DNA from: a virus
Taxonomy: Duplodnaviria; Heunggongvirae; Uroviricota; Caudoviricetes
Reading direction: 5' to 3' (one strand)
IMG/VR virus record: IMGVR_UViG_648276660_000001
Length of the DNA stretch: 30,880 bases
Each line of letters opens with the position of its first letter. Position 1 is the stretch's first letter. Both the position numbers and the translations under genes were made by a program. The notes under the pieces were generated by a model, which saw nothing but the letters and a program-made list of their open reading frames with translations, did not search any database and was not told the origin of the DNA. Shown here piece after piece: positions 9,064 through 18,367 of the stretch.

Positions 9064-9067
9064 GGTG

Positions 9068-9487
9068 TTATTTAATGGCATTAAATCCAGCGTTGATGGC
9101 TTCCGCAATATTGATGGCACTTGTTTTATCGAAGTGCCCATTCTGAATAAGCGCCGCATGCAGGCATTGTAACTTCATGTTGTATAAGTGTTCGCTCATG
9201 TAATCATTATCACTTTTTGCTTTAGCGTAAACAGCGCGAGAAATATCAAACACATCGCCTTTTTCCATTTCAGAACGTTGTGCTGTTATCCAGTCATGGA
9301 ACGTAACGCTAGTACCATGGTCTTCGCTAAGAGTTAACCCGGCCAGTCCCTCACTCTGAATTACTTCGTAATGCATTTCATTATCAGCAAAAACGCCATA
9401 AAAAATGCAGTCTTCAGCCTGAACGATACGAGAATATTTTAATGGCCATTCATTTAGATACTTAGCCAACATATCAATTGTCTTCAT
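9068..9487 (-). CDS. Hypothetical cargo protein (139 aa) on the opposite strand between terminase and portal
   Basis: AGGTGA RBS 5 nt upstream of ATG (minus strand); no recognisable motif; opposite orientation to flanking structural genes. Confidence 0.65.
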   Translation of the reverse strand: MKTIDMLAKYLNEWPLKYSRIVQAEDCIFYGVFADNEMHYEVIQSEGLAGLTLSEDHGTSVTFHDWITAQRSEMEKGDVFDISRAVYAKAKSDNDYMSEHLYNMKLQCLHAALIQNGHFDKTSAINIAEAINAGFNAIK

Positions 9488-9498
9488 GATCTCACCTT

Positions 9499-9522
9499 AA
9501 AAAAATGCCCGGCGAACCGGGC
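9499..9522 (-). terminator. Intrinsic terminator-like hairpin (GCCCGG-ttcg-CCGGGC plus T7 run on minus strand) ending 1 nt before the RBS of the 139-aa gene
   Basis: Read in sequence; unusual placement suggests an attenuator or read-through control. Confidence 0.45.
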
Positions 9523-9596
9523 GAACTGGAAGCAATGAGTTATGCCTTCCGTGGCTGTACGGGTTTACAGCATGAAGTCATCGCAATGGCGTCCTG

Positions 9597-9642
9597 CTGT
9601 AAAAAGGGCGGTGATAGTCCTTCAAGGGAAACTATCACCGCC
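9597..9642 (-). terminator. Terminator of the tRNA transcript (12-bp perfect stem GGCGGTGATAGT/ACTATCACCGCC followed by CTTTTTA on minus strand)
   Basis: Inverted repeat and T-run read in sequence immediately 3' of the tRNA. Confidence 0.55.
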
Positions 9643-9685
9643 AAGCACCTGGAGCTTCTGGCATCACGGTCCTTAGGCGTGATTC

Positions 9686-9762
9686 TGGCGTGGCATGCAG
9701 GATTCGAACCTGCGACCAACCGCTTAGAAGGCGGTTGCTCTGTCCAACTGAGCTAATGCCAC
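9686..9762 (-). tRNA. tRNA-Arg (anticodon UCU), phage-encoded
   Basis: Minus-strand 77 nt: GTGGCAT-TA-GCTC-AGTTGGACA-GAGC-A-ACCGC-CTTCTAA-GCGGT-TGGTC-GCAGG-TTCGAAT-CCTGC-ATGCCAC-G-CCA; 7-bp acceptor stem, canonical D, anticodon and T arms; anticodon loop CTTCTAA gives TCT; encoded CCA end. Confidence 0.9.
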
Positions 9763-10084
9763 AACGCTGAGAGCACTTAGCCTGTTAAGGCGCCACACTT
9801 TGTCGCGGCTCCATAAATGCTCTCATCGTTGTACCCTCGTCTCTTCCGAGGCGTCACACCGAATCGCCGGGATGGTGAATCCCCGTGCGCGGAATAAAAC
9901 CGCTCGACTTGCACATTCCGGCTACCTGGTTCGTTTGCCCGAGCAAGGGAGGGTGCCCCTTAAACGTATCCAGACCGCTATCGGCGCATGTGCCATACGC
10001 CGTACTGCTCAAAATAAAAGCTCACTCCACCTGTTCAATTTAACGACAAGCCAGTCAGGTTAGTAACCGGAATGAACTCTTTGG

Positions 10085-10121
10085 TTACCTAAAGGGTAAT
10101 AATTAGCGCGTTAAATGTCAA
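10085..10121 (-). promoter_or_regulatory. Predicted minus-strand sigma70 promoter (perfect -35 TTGACA at 10116..10121, 17-bp spacer, -10 TACCCT at 10093..10098) whose -10 is the half-site of operator palindrome TTACCTaaaGGGTAAT (10085..10100)
   Basis: Read in sequence; directs transcription toward the tRNA and the 139-aa gene. Confidence 0.45.
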
Positions 10122-10189
10122 CTTTCTACGATAAATAAATCATATGTGGTTAAATTGGTAATAATTTAATTGCGTACGGAGTCATTGAT

Positions 10190-10396
10190 ATGTGCATGGG
10201 TAGCTCACCATCAGTGCCTGCAACACCAGAAGTTCAGGCAGCACCACAGGAGCAGGATGCCGCCGTTGTTGATGCCCGCGACGAAGAAACACGTCGCCGT
10301 CGCGCTGCTGCTGGTCGTAGTTCTACGCTGCTTACCGGTTCTCAGGGCGACACATCAACTGCTAATACCAGCGGTAAAACGCTGCTTGGTCAGTAA
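10190..10396 (+). CDS. Small virion-associated protein, T7 gp6.7-like (tentative)
   Basis: GGAG RBS; 68 aa starting Met-Cys as in T7 gp6.7 (recalled); its RBS string CGGAGTCATTGA is duplicated before the portal gene; sits immediately upstream of portal. Confidence 0.5.
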   Translation: MCMGSSPSVPATPEVQAAPQEQDAAVVDARDEETRRRRAAAGRSSTLLTGSQGDTSTANTSGKTLLGQ

Positions 10397-10410
10397 CCGG
10401 AGTCATTGAA

Positions 10411-12090
10411 ATGGCGGAAACAACTAAAGAGCGATTGAACAAACAGTTCGCACAACTTGAAAGCGAGCGTCAGTCGTTCGAGCCGCACTGGCGCGAGTTG
10501 AGTGATTACATCAACCCGCGTGGTTCCCGCTTTCTGACTTCTGAGGTCAACCGTAACGATCGACGCAATACACGCATTATTGATTCGACCGGGACTATGG
10601 CGGCGCGCACTCTCGCCAGCGGCATGATGTCAGGCATCACAAGCCCTGCGCGTCCGTGGTTTCGCCTGGCTACGCCAGATCCTGAAATGATGGATTATGG
10701 TCCTGTTAAGTTGTGGCTCGAGGCGGTGCAGAACCGCATGAACGATATGTTCAATAAGTCGAATCTCTACCAGTCTCTTCCGCAGTTATACGGAAGCCTC
10801 GGCACATACAGCACTGGTGCAATGGCGGTGCTGGAGGATGACGAGGACATCATTCGCACAATGCCATTCCCGATAGGCAGTTACTACCTGGCTAACTCAC
10901 CTCGTGGCAGTGTGGACACCTGTTTTCGCAAGTTCTCTATGACTGTTCGTCAGCTTGTTCAGGAGTTCGGGCTAAATAACGTCAGCGAATCCGTAAAAAG
11001 CATGTGGGAAAGCGGCACCTACGAGAAGTGGATTGAAGTGATGCATTCGGTTTACCCGAACATTGACCGCGATACATCGAAGCTGGATAGCAAGAACAAG
11101 CCATTCAAATCGGTTTATTACGAGTTTGGCGGCGATAACGACAAGTTGTTGCGTGAGTCCGGATTCGATGAGTTTCCAATTATGGCTCCGCGCTGGGAAG
11201 TTAACGGCGAAGATGTTTATGGATCATCATGCCCGGGTATGCTGGCGCTTGGACCTGTTAAGGCATTGCAGCTTCTCCAGAAGCGCAAGTCGCAGTTGAT
11301 TGATAAAGCCACCAATCCGCCGATGGTTGCTCCGACTTCCCTCAAGAATCAGCGCGCCTCCCTTCTTCCTGGCGACATCACGTATATCGATCAGATTACT
11401 GGTCAGGATGGTTTCAGGCCTGCTTATCTGGTTAACCCCAGTACAGCAGATCTGGTAGCAGACATTCAGGACACTCGTCAAATCATTAACAGCGCCTACT
11501 TTGTCGATCTGTTCATGATGTTGCAGAACATCAATACCCGCTCGATGCCTGTTGAAGCGGTGATCGAAATGAAAGAAGAAAAACTTCTGATGTTGGGTCC
11601 GGTTCTGGAGCGTCTGAACGACGAATGTCTTAATCCTCTCATTGACCGCGCTTTCTCGATGATGGTGCGTAAAAACATGCTGCCGCCACCGCCAGACGTG
11701 ATGGAAGGTATGCCCCTGAAGGTCGAATACATTTCCGTCATGGCTCAGGCGCAGAAGTCTATCGGCCTGTCCAGTCTGGCGTCCACGGTTAACTTCATTG
11801 GTCAACTTGCGCAAGCGAAACCAGAAGCTCTCGACAAACTCAACGTTGATCAGGCGATCGATGCATTCGCTGATATGTCCGGAGTGTCTCCAACCGTCAT
11901 TGTTCCGCAGGAACAGGTTGAGCAGGCTCGCCAGCAACGAGCACAGCAACAACAGCAGCAACAAATGATGGCGATGGGGATGGCGGCGGCACAGGGTGCC
12001 AAGACGCTAAGCGAAGCTAAAACTTCGGATCCGAGTGTTTTGTCAGCTATGGCGAATGCAGTTAGTGGTCAGGGGGGGCAATCACAATGA
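10411..12090 (+). CDS. Portal (head-to-tail connector) protein, T7 gp8-like
   Basis: 559 aa; Gln/Ala/Met-rich C-terminus (QQQQQQQMMAMGMAAAQGA...) resembles recalled T7 gp8 C-terminus; position after terminase and before scaffold/capsid. Confidence 0.85.
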   Translation: MAETTKERLNKQFAQLESERQSFEPHWRELSDYINPRGSRFLTSEVNRNDRRNTRIIDSTGTMAARTLASGMMSGITSPARPWFRLATPDPEMMDYGPVKLWLEAVQNRMNDMFNKSNLYQSLPQLYGSLGTYSTGAMAVLEDDEDIIRTMPFPIGSYYLANSPRGSVDTCFRKFSMTVRQLVQEFGLNNVSESVKSMWESGTYEKWIEVMHSVYPNIDRDTSKLDSKNKPFKSVYYEFGGDNDKLLRESGFDEFPIMAPRWEVNGEDVYGSSCPGMLALGPVKALQLLQKRKSQLIDKATNPPMVAPTSLKNQRASLLPGDITYIDQITGQDGFRPAYLVNPSTADLVADIQDTRQIINSAYFVDLFMMLQNINTRSMPVEAVIEMKEEKLLMLGPVLERLNDECLNPLIDRAFSMMVRKNMLPPPPDVMEGMPLKVEYISVMAQAQKSIGLSSLASTVNFIGQLAQAKPEALDKLNVDQAIDAFADMSGVSPTVIVPQEQVEQARQQRAQQQQQQQMMAMGMAAAQGAKTLSEAKTSDPSVLSAMANAVSGQGGQSQ

Positions 12091-12383
12091 CAGATTACGA
12101 AGACGATCAACTGAAAGAAGAAAACGCCCGTAAGCAACGTGACATGGCAAAGCGTGAAATTGATGACATTCGCTTTGTCATGAGCAGTGAACAGGGGCGT
12201 CGCGTTGTCTGGTCTGTGCTGGAGAAAGGCCGGGTGTTTTCCGCTATCTCTCCGATGGATGCTATGGCAATGGCATTTAATGAGGGGCAACGCAATCTGG
12301 CGCTGGAACTGTTTCAGCGCGTTATGGCGCATTGCCCTGAACAGTATTTGAAGATGGCCAAAGAGGCCAGTGAACAGGAGTGA
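12087..12383 (+). CDS. Hypothetical protein (98 aa, charged, helical-looking)
   Basis: ATGA overlap with the portal stop; G-rich RBS. Confidence 0.55.
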   Translation: MTDYEDDQLKEENARKQRDMAKREIDDIRFVMSSEQGRRVVWSVLEKGRVFSAISPMDAMAMAFNEGQRNLALELFQRVMAHCPEQYLKMAKEASEQE

Positions 12384-12385
12384 TC

Positions 12386-13081
12386 ATGAATTTATTTGAG
12401 CGTTTGCTGTATCGCCGTCTTTGCAATGAGCAGCCAGCCGATGGCGGGGCAGCTCCGGCTGCGTCAGAACCGTCAGCGCATGCAGGTGATAACCCTGCTC
12501 CAGTTGGTGATCCATCACAACAGGAAGGTGATAAGCCACAACCTGTTGCTGATGGCGATAAACCTGCTGATGACAAAAAGCCTGAAAACGATAAGCAGGG
12601 TGAAAAAAAGGACGGCGATAAACCAGAGGGTGCGCCTGAGAAGTACGAGTTTCAGGCTGCCGAAGGCGTAGAGCTGGATACAGAAGCGTTGAAGGAATTC
12701 GAGCCGGTGGCGCGAGAACTTAACCTGACCAACGAGCAAGCGCAAAAGCTGGTTGATGCTTATCCGAAGATTCTGGCAGGTGTTCAGCAGCGCCAGGCAG
12801 AAGCCTGGCAGAAAACAACCGAGCAGTGGGCTGCGGATGTAAAAGCTGACAAAGAAATCGGTGGCGACAAGTTGATTTCTAACCTTAGCGCCGCACAGCG
12901 TGCGCTTGACCAGTTCGGGACACCTGAGCTCAAAGAATATCTGAACACCACCGGGCTGGGTAATCACCCTGATCTGGTCAAAACGTTCGTGAAAATCGGA
13001 AAGGCGATGTCTGAAGATGGCATGGTCACCGGTGGTAATGAAGGCCAGCGTAGTGCGGCCGAAGTGCTCTATGGCAAATAA
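12386..13081 (+). CDS. Putative scaffolding protein
   Basis: CAGGAG RBS 5 nt before ATG 12386; acidic, Pro/Asp/Lys-rich low-complexity N-terminus and helical C-terminus; located between portal and capsid. Confidence 0.65.
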   Translation: MNLFERLLYRRLCNEQPADGGAAPAASEPSAHAGDNPAPVGDPSQQEGDKPQPVADGDKPADDKKPENDKQGEKKDGDKPEGAPEKYEFQAAEGVELDTEALKEFEPVARELNLTNEQAQKLVDAYPKILAGVQQRQAEAWQKTTEQWAADVKADKEIGGDKLISNLSAAQRALDQFGTPELKEYLNTTGLGNHPDLVKTFVKIGKAMSEDGMVTGGNEGQRSAAEVLYGK

Positions 13082-13095
13082 GAGAGGAAATGACA

Positions 13096-14082
13096 ATGGC
13101 TGTTAAAGGCTTAACTGCGCTAACGCTGGCTGACTGGGGTAAGCGCGTCGATCCAAACGGGAAAGTCGATAAGATTATCGAGCTTCTCGGTCAAACTAAC
13201 CCGATCCTTCAGGATATGCCTTTTGTCGAAGGGAACCTTCCTACCGGACACCGAACCACCATTCGTTCTGGTTTACCTTCAGCTACCTGGCGTTTGCTGA
13301 ACTATGGCGTACAACCAAGCAAATCAACAACGGTGCAGGTCACTGATTCCATTGGCATGCTGGAAACCTATGCTGAAGTCGATAAGTCTCTGGCTGATCT
13401 GAACGGTAATACTGCCGAATTCCGCCTGTCTGAAGACCGAGCATTTATTGAAGCGATGAATCAGGCGATGGCGCAGACGCTGTTTTACGGTGATTCCAGC
13501 GTTAACCCTCAGCAGTTTATGGGACTGTCCTCCCGCTATTCCAGCCTGTCTGCGGGTAATGCTCAGAACATCATTGATGCTGGTGGCACGGGTACAGATA
13601 ACACTTCAATCTGGTTAGTGGTGTGGGGCGAAAACACCGTGCATGGCATCTTCCCGAAAGGGCAGAAGGCTGGCATCCAGATGGAAGATAAAGGCCAGGT
13701 GACACTGGAAGATGCTAATGGCGGCAAGTACGAAGGTTATCGTACCCATTATAAGTGGGACAACGGGCTGACATTGCGTGACTGGCGCTATGTTGTTCGC
13801 ATTGCAAACATCGATGTCAGCAATCTTGACGCTCCTTCTACTGCTGCGAATATCGCAAAACTGATGATTCGTGCCCTTCATCGAATCCCAAATCGTGGGA
13901 TGGGACGTCCTGTTTTCTACATGAACAGAACCATTAACGAAGTGCTTGACCTGCAATCTCTGGAGAAGAGTTCTCTGGCGATCAGCGTGAAAGAGACAGA
14001 AGGCGAATGGTGGACAGAACTTCGTGGTGTGCCGATTCGCGAAACTGACGCACTTCTGGAAACAGAAGCCCGCGTGGTGTAA
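13096..14082 (+). CDS. Major capsid protein
   Basis: GAGAGG RBS 8 nt before ATG 13096; ~328 aa; position after scaffold; followed by a GC-rich stem-loop. Confidence 0.8.
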   Translation: MAVKGLTALTLADWGKRVDPNGKVDKIIELLGQTNPILQDMPFVEGNLPTGHRTTIRSGLPSATWRLLNYGVQPSKSTTVQVTDSIGMLETYAEVDKSLADLNGNTAEFRLSEDRAFIEAMNQAMAQTLFYGDSSVNPQQFMGLSSRYSSLSAGNAQNIIDAGGTGTDNTSIWLVVWGENTVHGIFPKGQKAGIQMEDKGQVTLEDANGGKYEGYRTHYKWDNGLTLRDWRYVVRIANIDVSNLDAPSTAANIAKLMIRALHRIPNRGMGRPVFYMNRTINEVLDLQSLEKSSLAISVKETEGEWWTELRGVPIRETDALLETEARVV

Positions 14083-14098
14083 CGCCTGTTATTAACCT

Positions 14099-14118
14099 GT
14101 GGGCCGCAACAGGCCCAC
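14099..14118 (+). other. GC-rich stem-loop (GTGGGCC-gcaaca-GGCCCAC) after the capsid gene; no T-run
   Basis: Inverted repeat read in sequence; T7-type phages carry a terminator after the capsid gene (established knowledge), but here it may be only an RNA stability or processing element. Confidence 0.4.
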
Positions 14119-14133
14119 TAATGGAGAAAGAAG

Positions 14134-14571
14134 ATGATCACCGACAAACTGTTGATGTTCTCCGAAGCTCAGGCGGTTACGAATACCGCGGCTTCTACTG
14201 ACGTAATCGATCTCGGTCCAATTGATGGAAACCGTCGCGATATCGGCGTGGGTTATCCGCTTGAGTTTTGGGTGCTGGTTAACGAAGCCGCCACGGCAAG
14301 TGGTGAGGCAACTGTAAACATCCAGTTGCAGACGAGTGAGAATAACAGCTCATGGTCCACTATTTATGATAGTGGCGCACTGGCAAAGGCCACCCTGACA
14401 GCAGGTAAGCGAGTTGTTTCTGCAAAGGTGCCAGCCGGTGTTCAGCGATATCTGCGTGTTAACTACTCCGTCGCAACTGGCCCACTAACGGCTGGCAAAT
14501 TCACTGCGGGTATCAATCTTGATGTTGATGCCAATACGCCGTATCCGATCCGCTCAAAAGTAACTGGTTAA
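14134..14571 (+). CDS. Hypothetical virion protein (possible capsid decoration/accessory protein)
   Basis: GGAGAAAG RBS; 145 aa, Thr/Ala/Val-rich beta-like composition; position immediately after capsid. Confidence 0.6.
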   Translation: MITDKLLMFSEAQAVTNTAASTDVIDLGPIDGNRRDIGVGYPLEFWVLVNEAATASGEATVNIQLQTSENNSSWSTIYDSGALAKATLTAGKRVVSAKVPAGVQRYLRVNYSVATGPLTAGKFTAGINLDVDANTPYPIRSKVTG

Positions 14572-14581
14572 GGTGATATTG

Positions 14582-14917
14582 ATGTCAGGTGAGAAACCAA
14601 GATACCGCGTTCTGCGCCTCTCTCATATCCATAACACTCTGTGGCCGGAGGGGGCAGAAATCGAATACGAAGGTGAGCCTGGTAGCGCACTGGAACCTGT
14701 TAACGATGCAGCCAGACAGGCAAAAGCAAAAGTTGCAGGAAAGGTGTCAATGGCAGCAACCAGCACCAAAATCATCAACGATGTGTCAGATGATGGTGAA
14801 CTGGATAAGCTCCGTGAAGAGTACGAATTGCTCTTTAACGAGAAGCCACACCATAACGCCAAAGCCGAAACGCTCCGCGAGAAGATCGCAGATAAGCGTA
14901 AAGAACTGGGCGTGTAA
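14582..14917 (+). CDS. Hypothetical virion-module protein
   Basis: AGGTGA RBS 6 nt before ATG 14582; followed by a hairpin plus T-rich stretch. Confidence 0.55.
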   Translation: MSGEKPRYRVLRLSHIHNTLWPEGAEIEYEGEPGSALEPVNDAARQAKAKVAGKVSMAATSTKIINDVSDDGELDKLREEYELLFNEKPHHNAKAETLREKIADKRKELGV

Positions 14918-14967
14918 GCCTCGCGAATCAGACAAGGGGCTTCGGCTCCTTTATTGCAGGAGTGTAT

Positions 14968-15291
14968 ATGGAACTCGTAAACCTCAAAACCGGCACTGAC
15001 AGCTACCAGGATGAGAGCGGAGAAACCAGAACTCGCGATGAATACCCGTGGGGGCTGTGCATCACTCTTAATAACGACACATTGAATAAGCTGAAGGCAC
15101 AACCTCAGGGCGTCGGAACAGAAGTGATGATAACTGCAAAGGCTGTTATTCGAGGCCTGTCTGCCAGAGAAACTGACGATGGTGTTAATCGCAGCGCCGA
15201 TCTGCAGATCACTGATATGGCGATCGCTCCTGTTTCCGGGGATGTAGAAAAATCAGCGGCTGAAACTCTGTACGGTAACGGAGGTGAGTGA
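14968..15291 (+). CDS. Hypothetical virion-module protein
   Basis: AGGAG RBS 6 nt before ATG 14968; 107 aa. Confidence 0.55.
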   Translation: MELVNLKTGTDSYQDESGETRTRDEYPWGLCITLNNDTLNKLKAQPQGVGTEVMITAKAVIRGLSARETDDGVNRSADLQITDMAIAPVSGDVEKSAAETLYGNGGE

Positions 15292-15896
15292 TGGCCTCTG
15301 TAGTAGAGATCTGTAATCGTGCGCTGTCCAATATTGGCAATAGCCGCAGCATTAACAGCCTGACGGAAGCCAGCAAGGAAGCGGGGGAATGTTCGCTGCA
15401 CTTTGAGGCCTGCCGTGATGCTGTGCTTTCTGATTTTGACTGGAACTTTGCTACCAAACGCGTGGCGCTTGCAGATACGAGCAATCCACCGCCTGACTGG
15501 GAATATGCGTACCAGTACCCGTCCGATTGTCTGCGCATTACTGAAATTATGCTTCCTGGTGTACGCAATCCAACAGCAGCAATGCGCGTTCAGTACGAAG
15601 TAGGTGTAGACACCAACGGAACAGGAAAGTTGATCTACACAGACCAGCCTCAGGCATGGCTCAAGTATGTCTCTCGCGTTACAGATGTGAACATGTTTGA
15701 TGCCATTTTTATGGAGGCGTTGGCCTGGCGTCTTGCGGCAGCTATTAACATGGCGCTGACTGGGAATGCAGACCTCGGTACGTTTGCCCTCAATATGTAC
15801 AATCGCGTGATTCTTAGTGCTGGCTCGCATAGCCAGAATGAATCACAGGAACCACAGCCACCGGTTGACGAGTTTACCATTGCGAGGTTGTCCTGA
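15291..15896 (+). CDS. Tail tubular protein A-like (T7 gp11-like adaptor), tentative
   Basis: GGAGG RBS; ~200 aa; N-terminal pattern I..R.LS.IG...I.SL.E resembles recalled T7 gp11; precedes a gp12-sized gene. Confidence 0.6.
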   Translation: MASVVEICNRALSNIGNSRSINSLTEASKEAGECSLHFEACRDAVLSDFDWNFATKRVALADTSNPPPDWEYAYQYPSDCLRITEIMLPGVRNPTAAMRVQYEVGVDTNGTGKLIYTDQPQAWLKYVSRVTDVNMFDAIFMEALAWRLAAAINMALTGNADLGTFALNMYNRVILSAGSHSQNESQEPQPPVDEFTIARLS

Positions 15897-18367
15897 TGGC
15901 TATCAGTTGGATCCAGCCCAGCTTTGCCGGTGGTGAGATTGGACCGTCGTTGTACGGTCGTATCGACATGGCGAAGTACCAGGTGGCTTTGCGCAAGTGC
16001 GATAACTTTATCGTGCGGCAGTATGGCGGCGTTGAGAATCGACCTGGTACGCGTTTTGTCGGTGCCGCCAAATACCCAAATCGGAAATGCCGCCTGATCC
16101 CGTTCCAGTTCTCGACGGTTCAGACCTATGCTCTGGAGTTCGGACACCAGTACATGCGCGTTATCAAAGATGGTGCGTTGGTGCTGAACAGCAGCAATGT
16201 TATTTATGAAATTGCCACGCCATATACTGAAGCCGATCTGTTCCGAATTAAATTCACGCAAAGCGCAGACGTGCTTACGCTGGTTCATCCGGCATACCCG
16301 CCGAAAGAGTTGCGCCGCTATGCGCATGACAACTGGCAACTGGTTGATGTGGTAACGAAGAACGGGCCATTTGAAGATATCAATATTGACGAGTCAGTGA
16401 CGGTTTATGCCAGCGCCAGCACCGGGACAATTACGTTAACGGCAAGCGCCTCTATTTTTGGCGCGGAGCAGGTAGGCAAATTGTTCTATCTGGAACAGCC
16501 TGCAGTGGATTCAGTGCCGGTATGGGAAACCAGTAAGAGTACGTCGATTGGCGATATTCGCCGTGCAGACAGTAACTACTATCGCGCCGTTACAGCAGGC
16601 AAAACAGGCACTTTGCGCCCTTCGCATACAGAAGGCACATCATGGGATGGCTGGGGCGGATCCGGTGATGATGATACTGGCATTGAGTGGGAGTATCTGC
16701 ACAGTGGTTTTGGCATTGCCCGTATAACTGCTGTAAATGGCACTACTGCAACTGCTGAGGTGATTTCCTATATCCCTTCGCAGGTCGTTGGCGAGGATAA
16801 TGCCAGCTATAAATGGGCTAAATATGCCTGGAACAGTGTTAATGGTTATCCTGGCACTGTTGTTTATTATCAACAACGTCTTTACTTCGCCGCATCGACT
16901 GCGTTCCCTCAGACTATCTGGGCCAGCCGTACTGGGGATTATAAGGATTTTGGCAAAAGCAATCCTACGCAGGATGACGACAGAATTATCTACACCTATG
17001 CCGGGCGTCAGGTTAATGAGATCCGCCACCTGATTGATGTCGGTTCGCTGGTGGCACTGACTTCCGGAGGTGAGTACGTCATCACCGGCGACCAGAACAA
17101 AGTGTTAACCCCATCATCATTTGCATTCAGCTCTCAGGGATCAAATGGCTCAAGCAACGTCCCACCAATTGCCGTGGCGAATATTGCTCTGTTCGTCCAG
17201 GAGAAAGGCAGTGTTGTCCGTGATCTGGCCTACTCATTCGATGTTGACGGCTATCAGGGGAGCGACCTGACCATCCTTGCCAATCATCTTTTTCAGAAGC
17301 ACAGCATTGTTGACTGGTGCTTCTCTATTGTCCCTTACTCCAGCGCCTTCTGCATTCGTGATGACGGTAAATTACTGGTGATGACCTATTTGCGTGATCA
17401 GCAGGTTTTTGCATGGGCACCACAATCCAGTACCGGAAAATATGAAAGCACATGCAGTATCAGCGAAGGAAATGAAGATGCGGTGTATTTCGTCGTTAAC
17501 CGAACCGTTAACGGGCAAACAGTGAGATACATCGAGCGACTGTCCAGCCGTTTATTTACCAGCGATGAAGATGCTTTCTTTGTTGATTCTGGCCTTAGCT
17601 ATGATGGAAGAAACACGTCTGACAGAACGATGACCATCACTGGTGGTTCTGGCGAATGGGATTACCGCGCGGAATATACAATCAGTGTTTCTGGTGGTGC
17701 GTACTTCACCAGTAGTGATGTCGGTGCGCAACTACAGTTCCCTTATACCGGAACTGATCCTGATACTGGCGATGAAGTGTCAAAAGAATTACGTTGCGAC
17801 ATTATTTCTGTAACCAGCAACACCGCTGTAGTGGTTCGTGCTAACAGGAACGTCCCGCCATCCCTCAGGAATGTGGCCACCACGAACTGGCAGATGGCGC
17901 GCCGGGCATTTGGCGGCTTGTCTCATCTTGAAGGTCAGACCGTAAACATCCTCTCTGATGCGAACGTGGAACCACAGAAAGTAGTTTCCGGAGGTGCCGT
18001 CACGCTGGAATCACCGGGGGCTGTAGTGCACATCGGCCTGCCAATAACTGCTGAATTCGAAACACTGGATATCAACATTAACGGACAGGAAACGCTGCTG
18101 GACAAAAAACAGGTGATCCCATCCGTTACTCTGGTTGTGAATGCCAGCCGCGGCATCTGGGCGACTACGCCCGGCGGTAAATGGTACGAATATCCACAGC
18201 GTGAATTCGAGTTCTACGATGATCCTGTTGATGACGCTACCGGAAAAGTAGAAGTGAAACTGGACAGTAACTGGGGCAAAAACGGACGTGTAAGAATCCG
18301 TCAGCTTGACCCGTTGCCGCTGTCTGTTCTTGCCGTTATTCCTCGTCTTACTGTTGGGGGATTCTGA
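15896..18367 (+). CDS. Tail tubular protein B-like (T7 gp12-like nozzle), tentative
   Basis: 823 aa; TGATG start overlap; size and position match T7 gp12 (794 aa). Confidence 0.65.
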   Translation: MAISWIQPSFAGGEIGPSLYGRIDMAKYQVALRKCDNFIVRQYGGVENRPGTRFVGAAKYPNRKCRLIPFQFSTVQTYALEFGHQYMRVIKDGALVLNSSNVIYEIATPYTEADLFRIKFTQSADVLTLVHPAYPPKELRRYAHDNWQLVDVVTKNGPFEDINIDESVTVYASASTGTITLTASASIFGAEQVGKLFYLEQPAVDSVPVWETSKSTSIGDIRRADSNYYRAVTAGKTGTLRPSHTEGTSWDGWGGSGDDDTGIEWEYLHSGFGIARITAVNGTTATAEVISYIPSQVVGEDNASYKWAKYAWNSVNGYPGTVVYYQQRLYFAASTAFPQTIWASRTGDYKDFGKSNPTQDDDRIIYTYAGRQVNEIRHLIDVGSLVALTSGGEYVITGDQNKVLTPSSFAFSSQGSNGSSNVPPIAVANIALFVQEKGSVVRDLAYSFDVDGYQGSDLTILANHLFQKHSIVDWCFSIVPYSSAFCIRDDGKLLVMTYLRDQQVFAWAPQSSTGKYESTCSISEGNEDAVYFVVNRTVNGQTVRYIERLSSRLFTSDEDAFFVDSGLSYDGRNTSDRTMTITGGSGEWDYRAEYTISVSGGAYFTSSDVGAQLQFPYTGTDPDTGDEVSKELRCDIISVTSNTAVVVRANRNVPPSLRNVATTNWQMARRAFGGLSHLEGQTVNILSDANVEPQKVVSGGAVTLESPGAVVHIGLPITAEFETLDININGQETLLDKKQVIPSVTLVVNASRGIWATTPGGKWYEYPQREFEFYDDPVDDATGKVEVKLDSNWGKNGRVRIRQLDPLPLSVLAVIPRLTVGGF

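Noticed and set aside
9505-9756. 83-aa plus-strand ORF
   Set aside because: It overlaps the tRNA-Arg gene and its terminator hairpin on the opposite strand and has no RBS; the region is better explained by the tRNA
9800-10063. 87-aa plus-strand ORF in the GC-rich region upstream of the tRNA
   Set aside because: No RBS, Arg/Ser-rich low-complexity translation, and it lies between a promoter and the tRNA on the opposite strand; treated as noncoding leader
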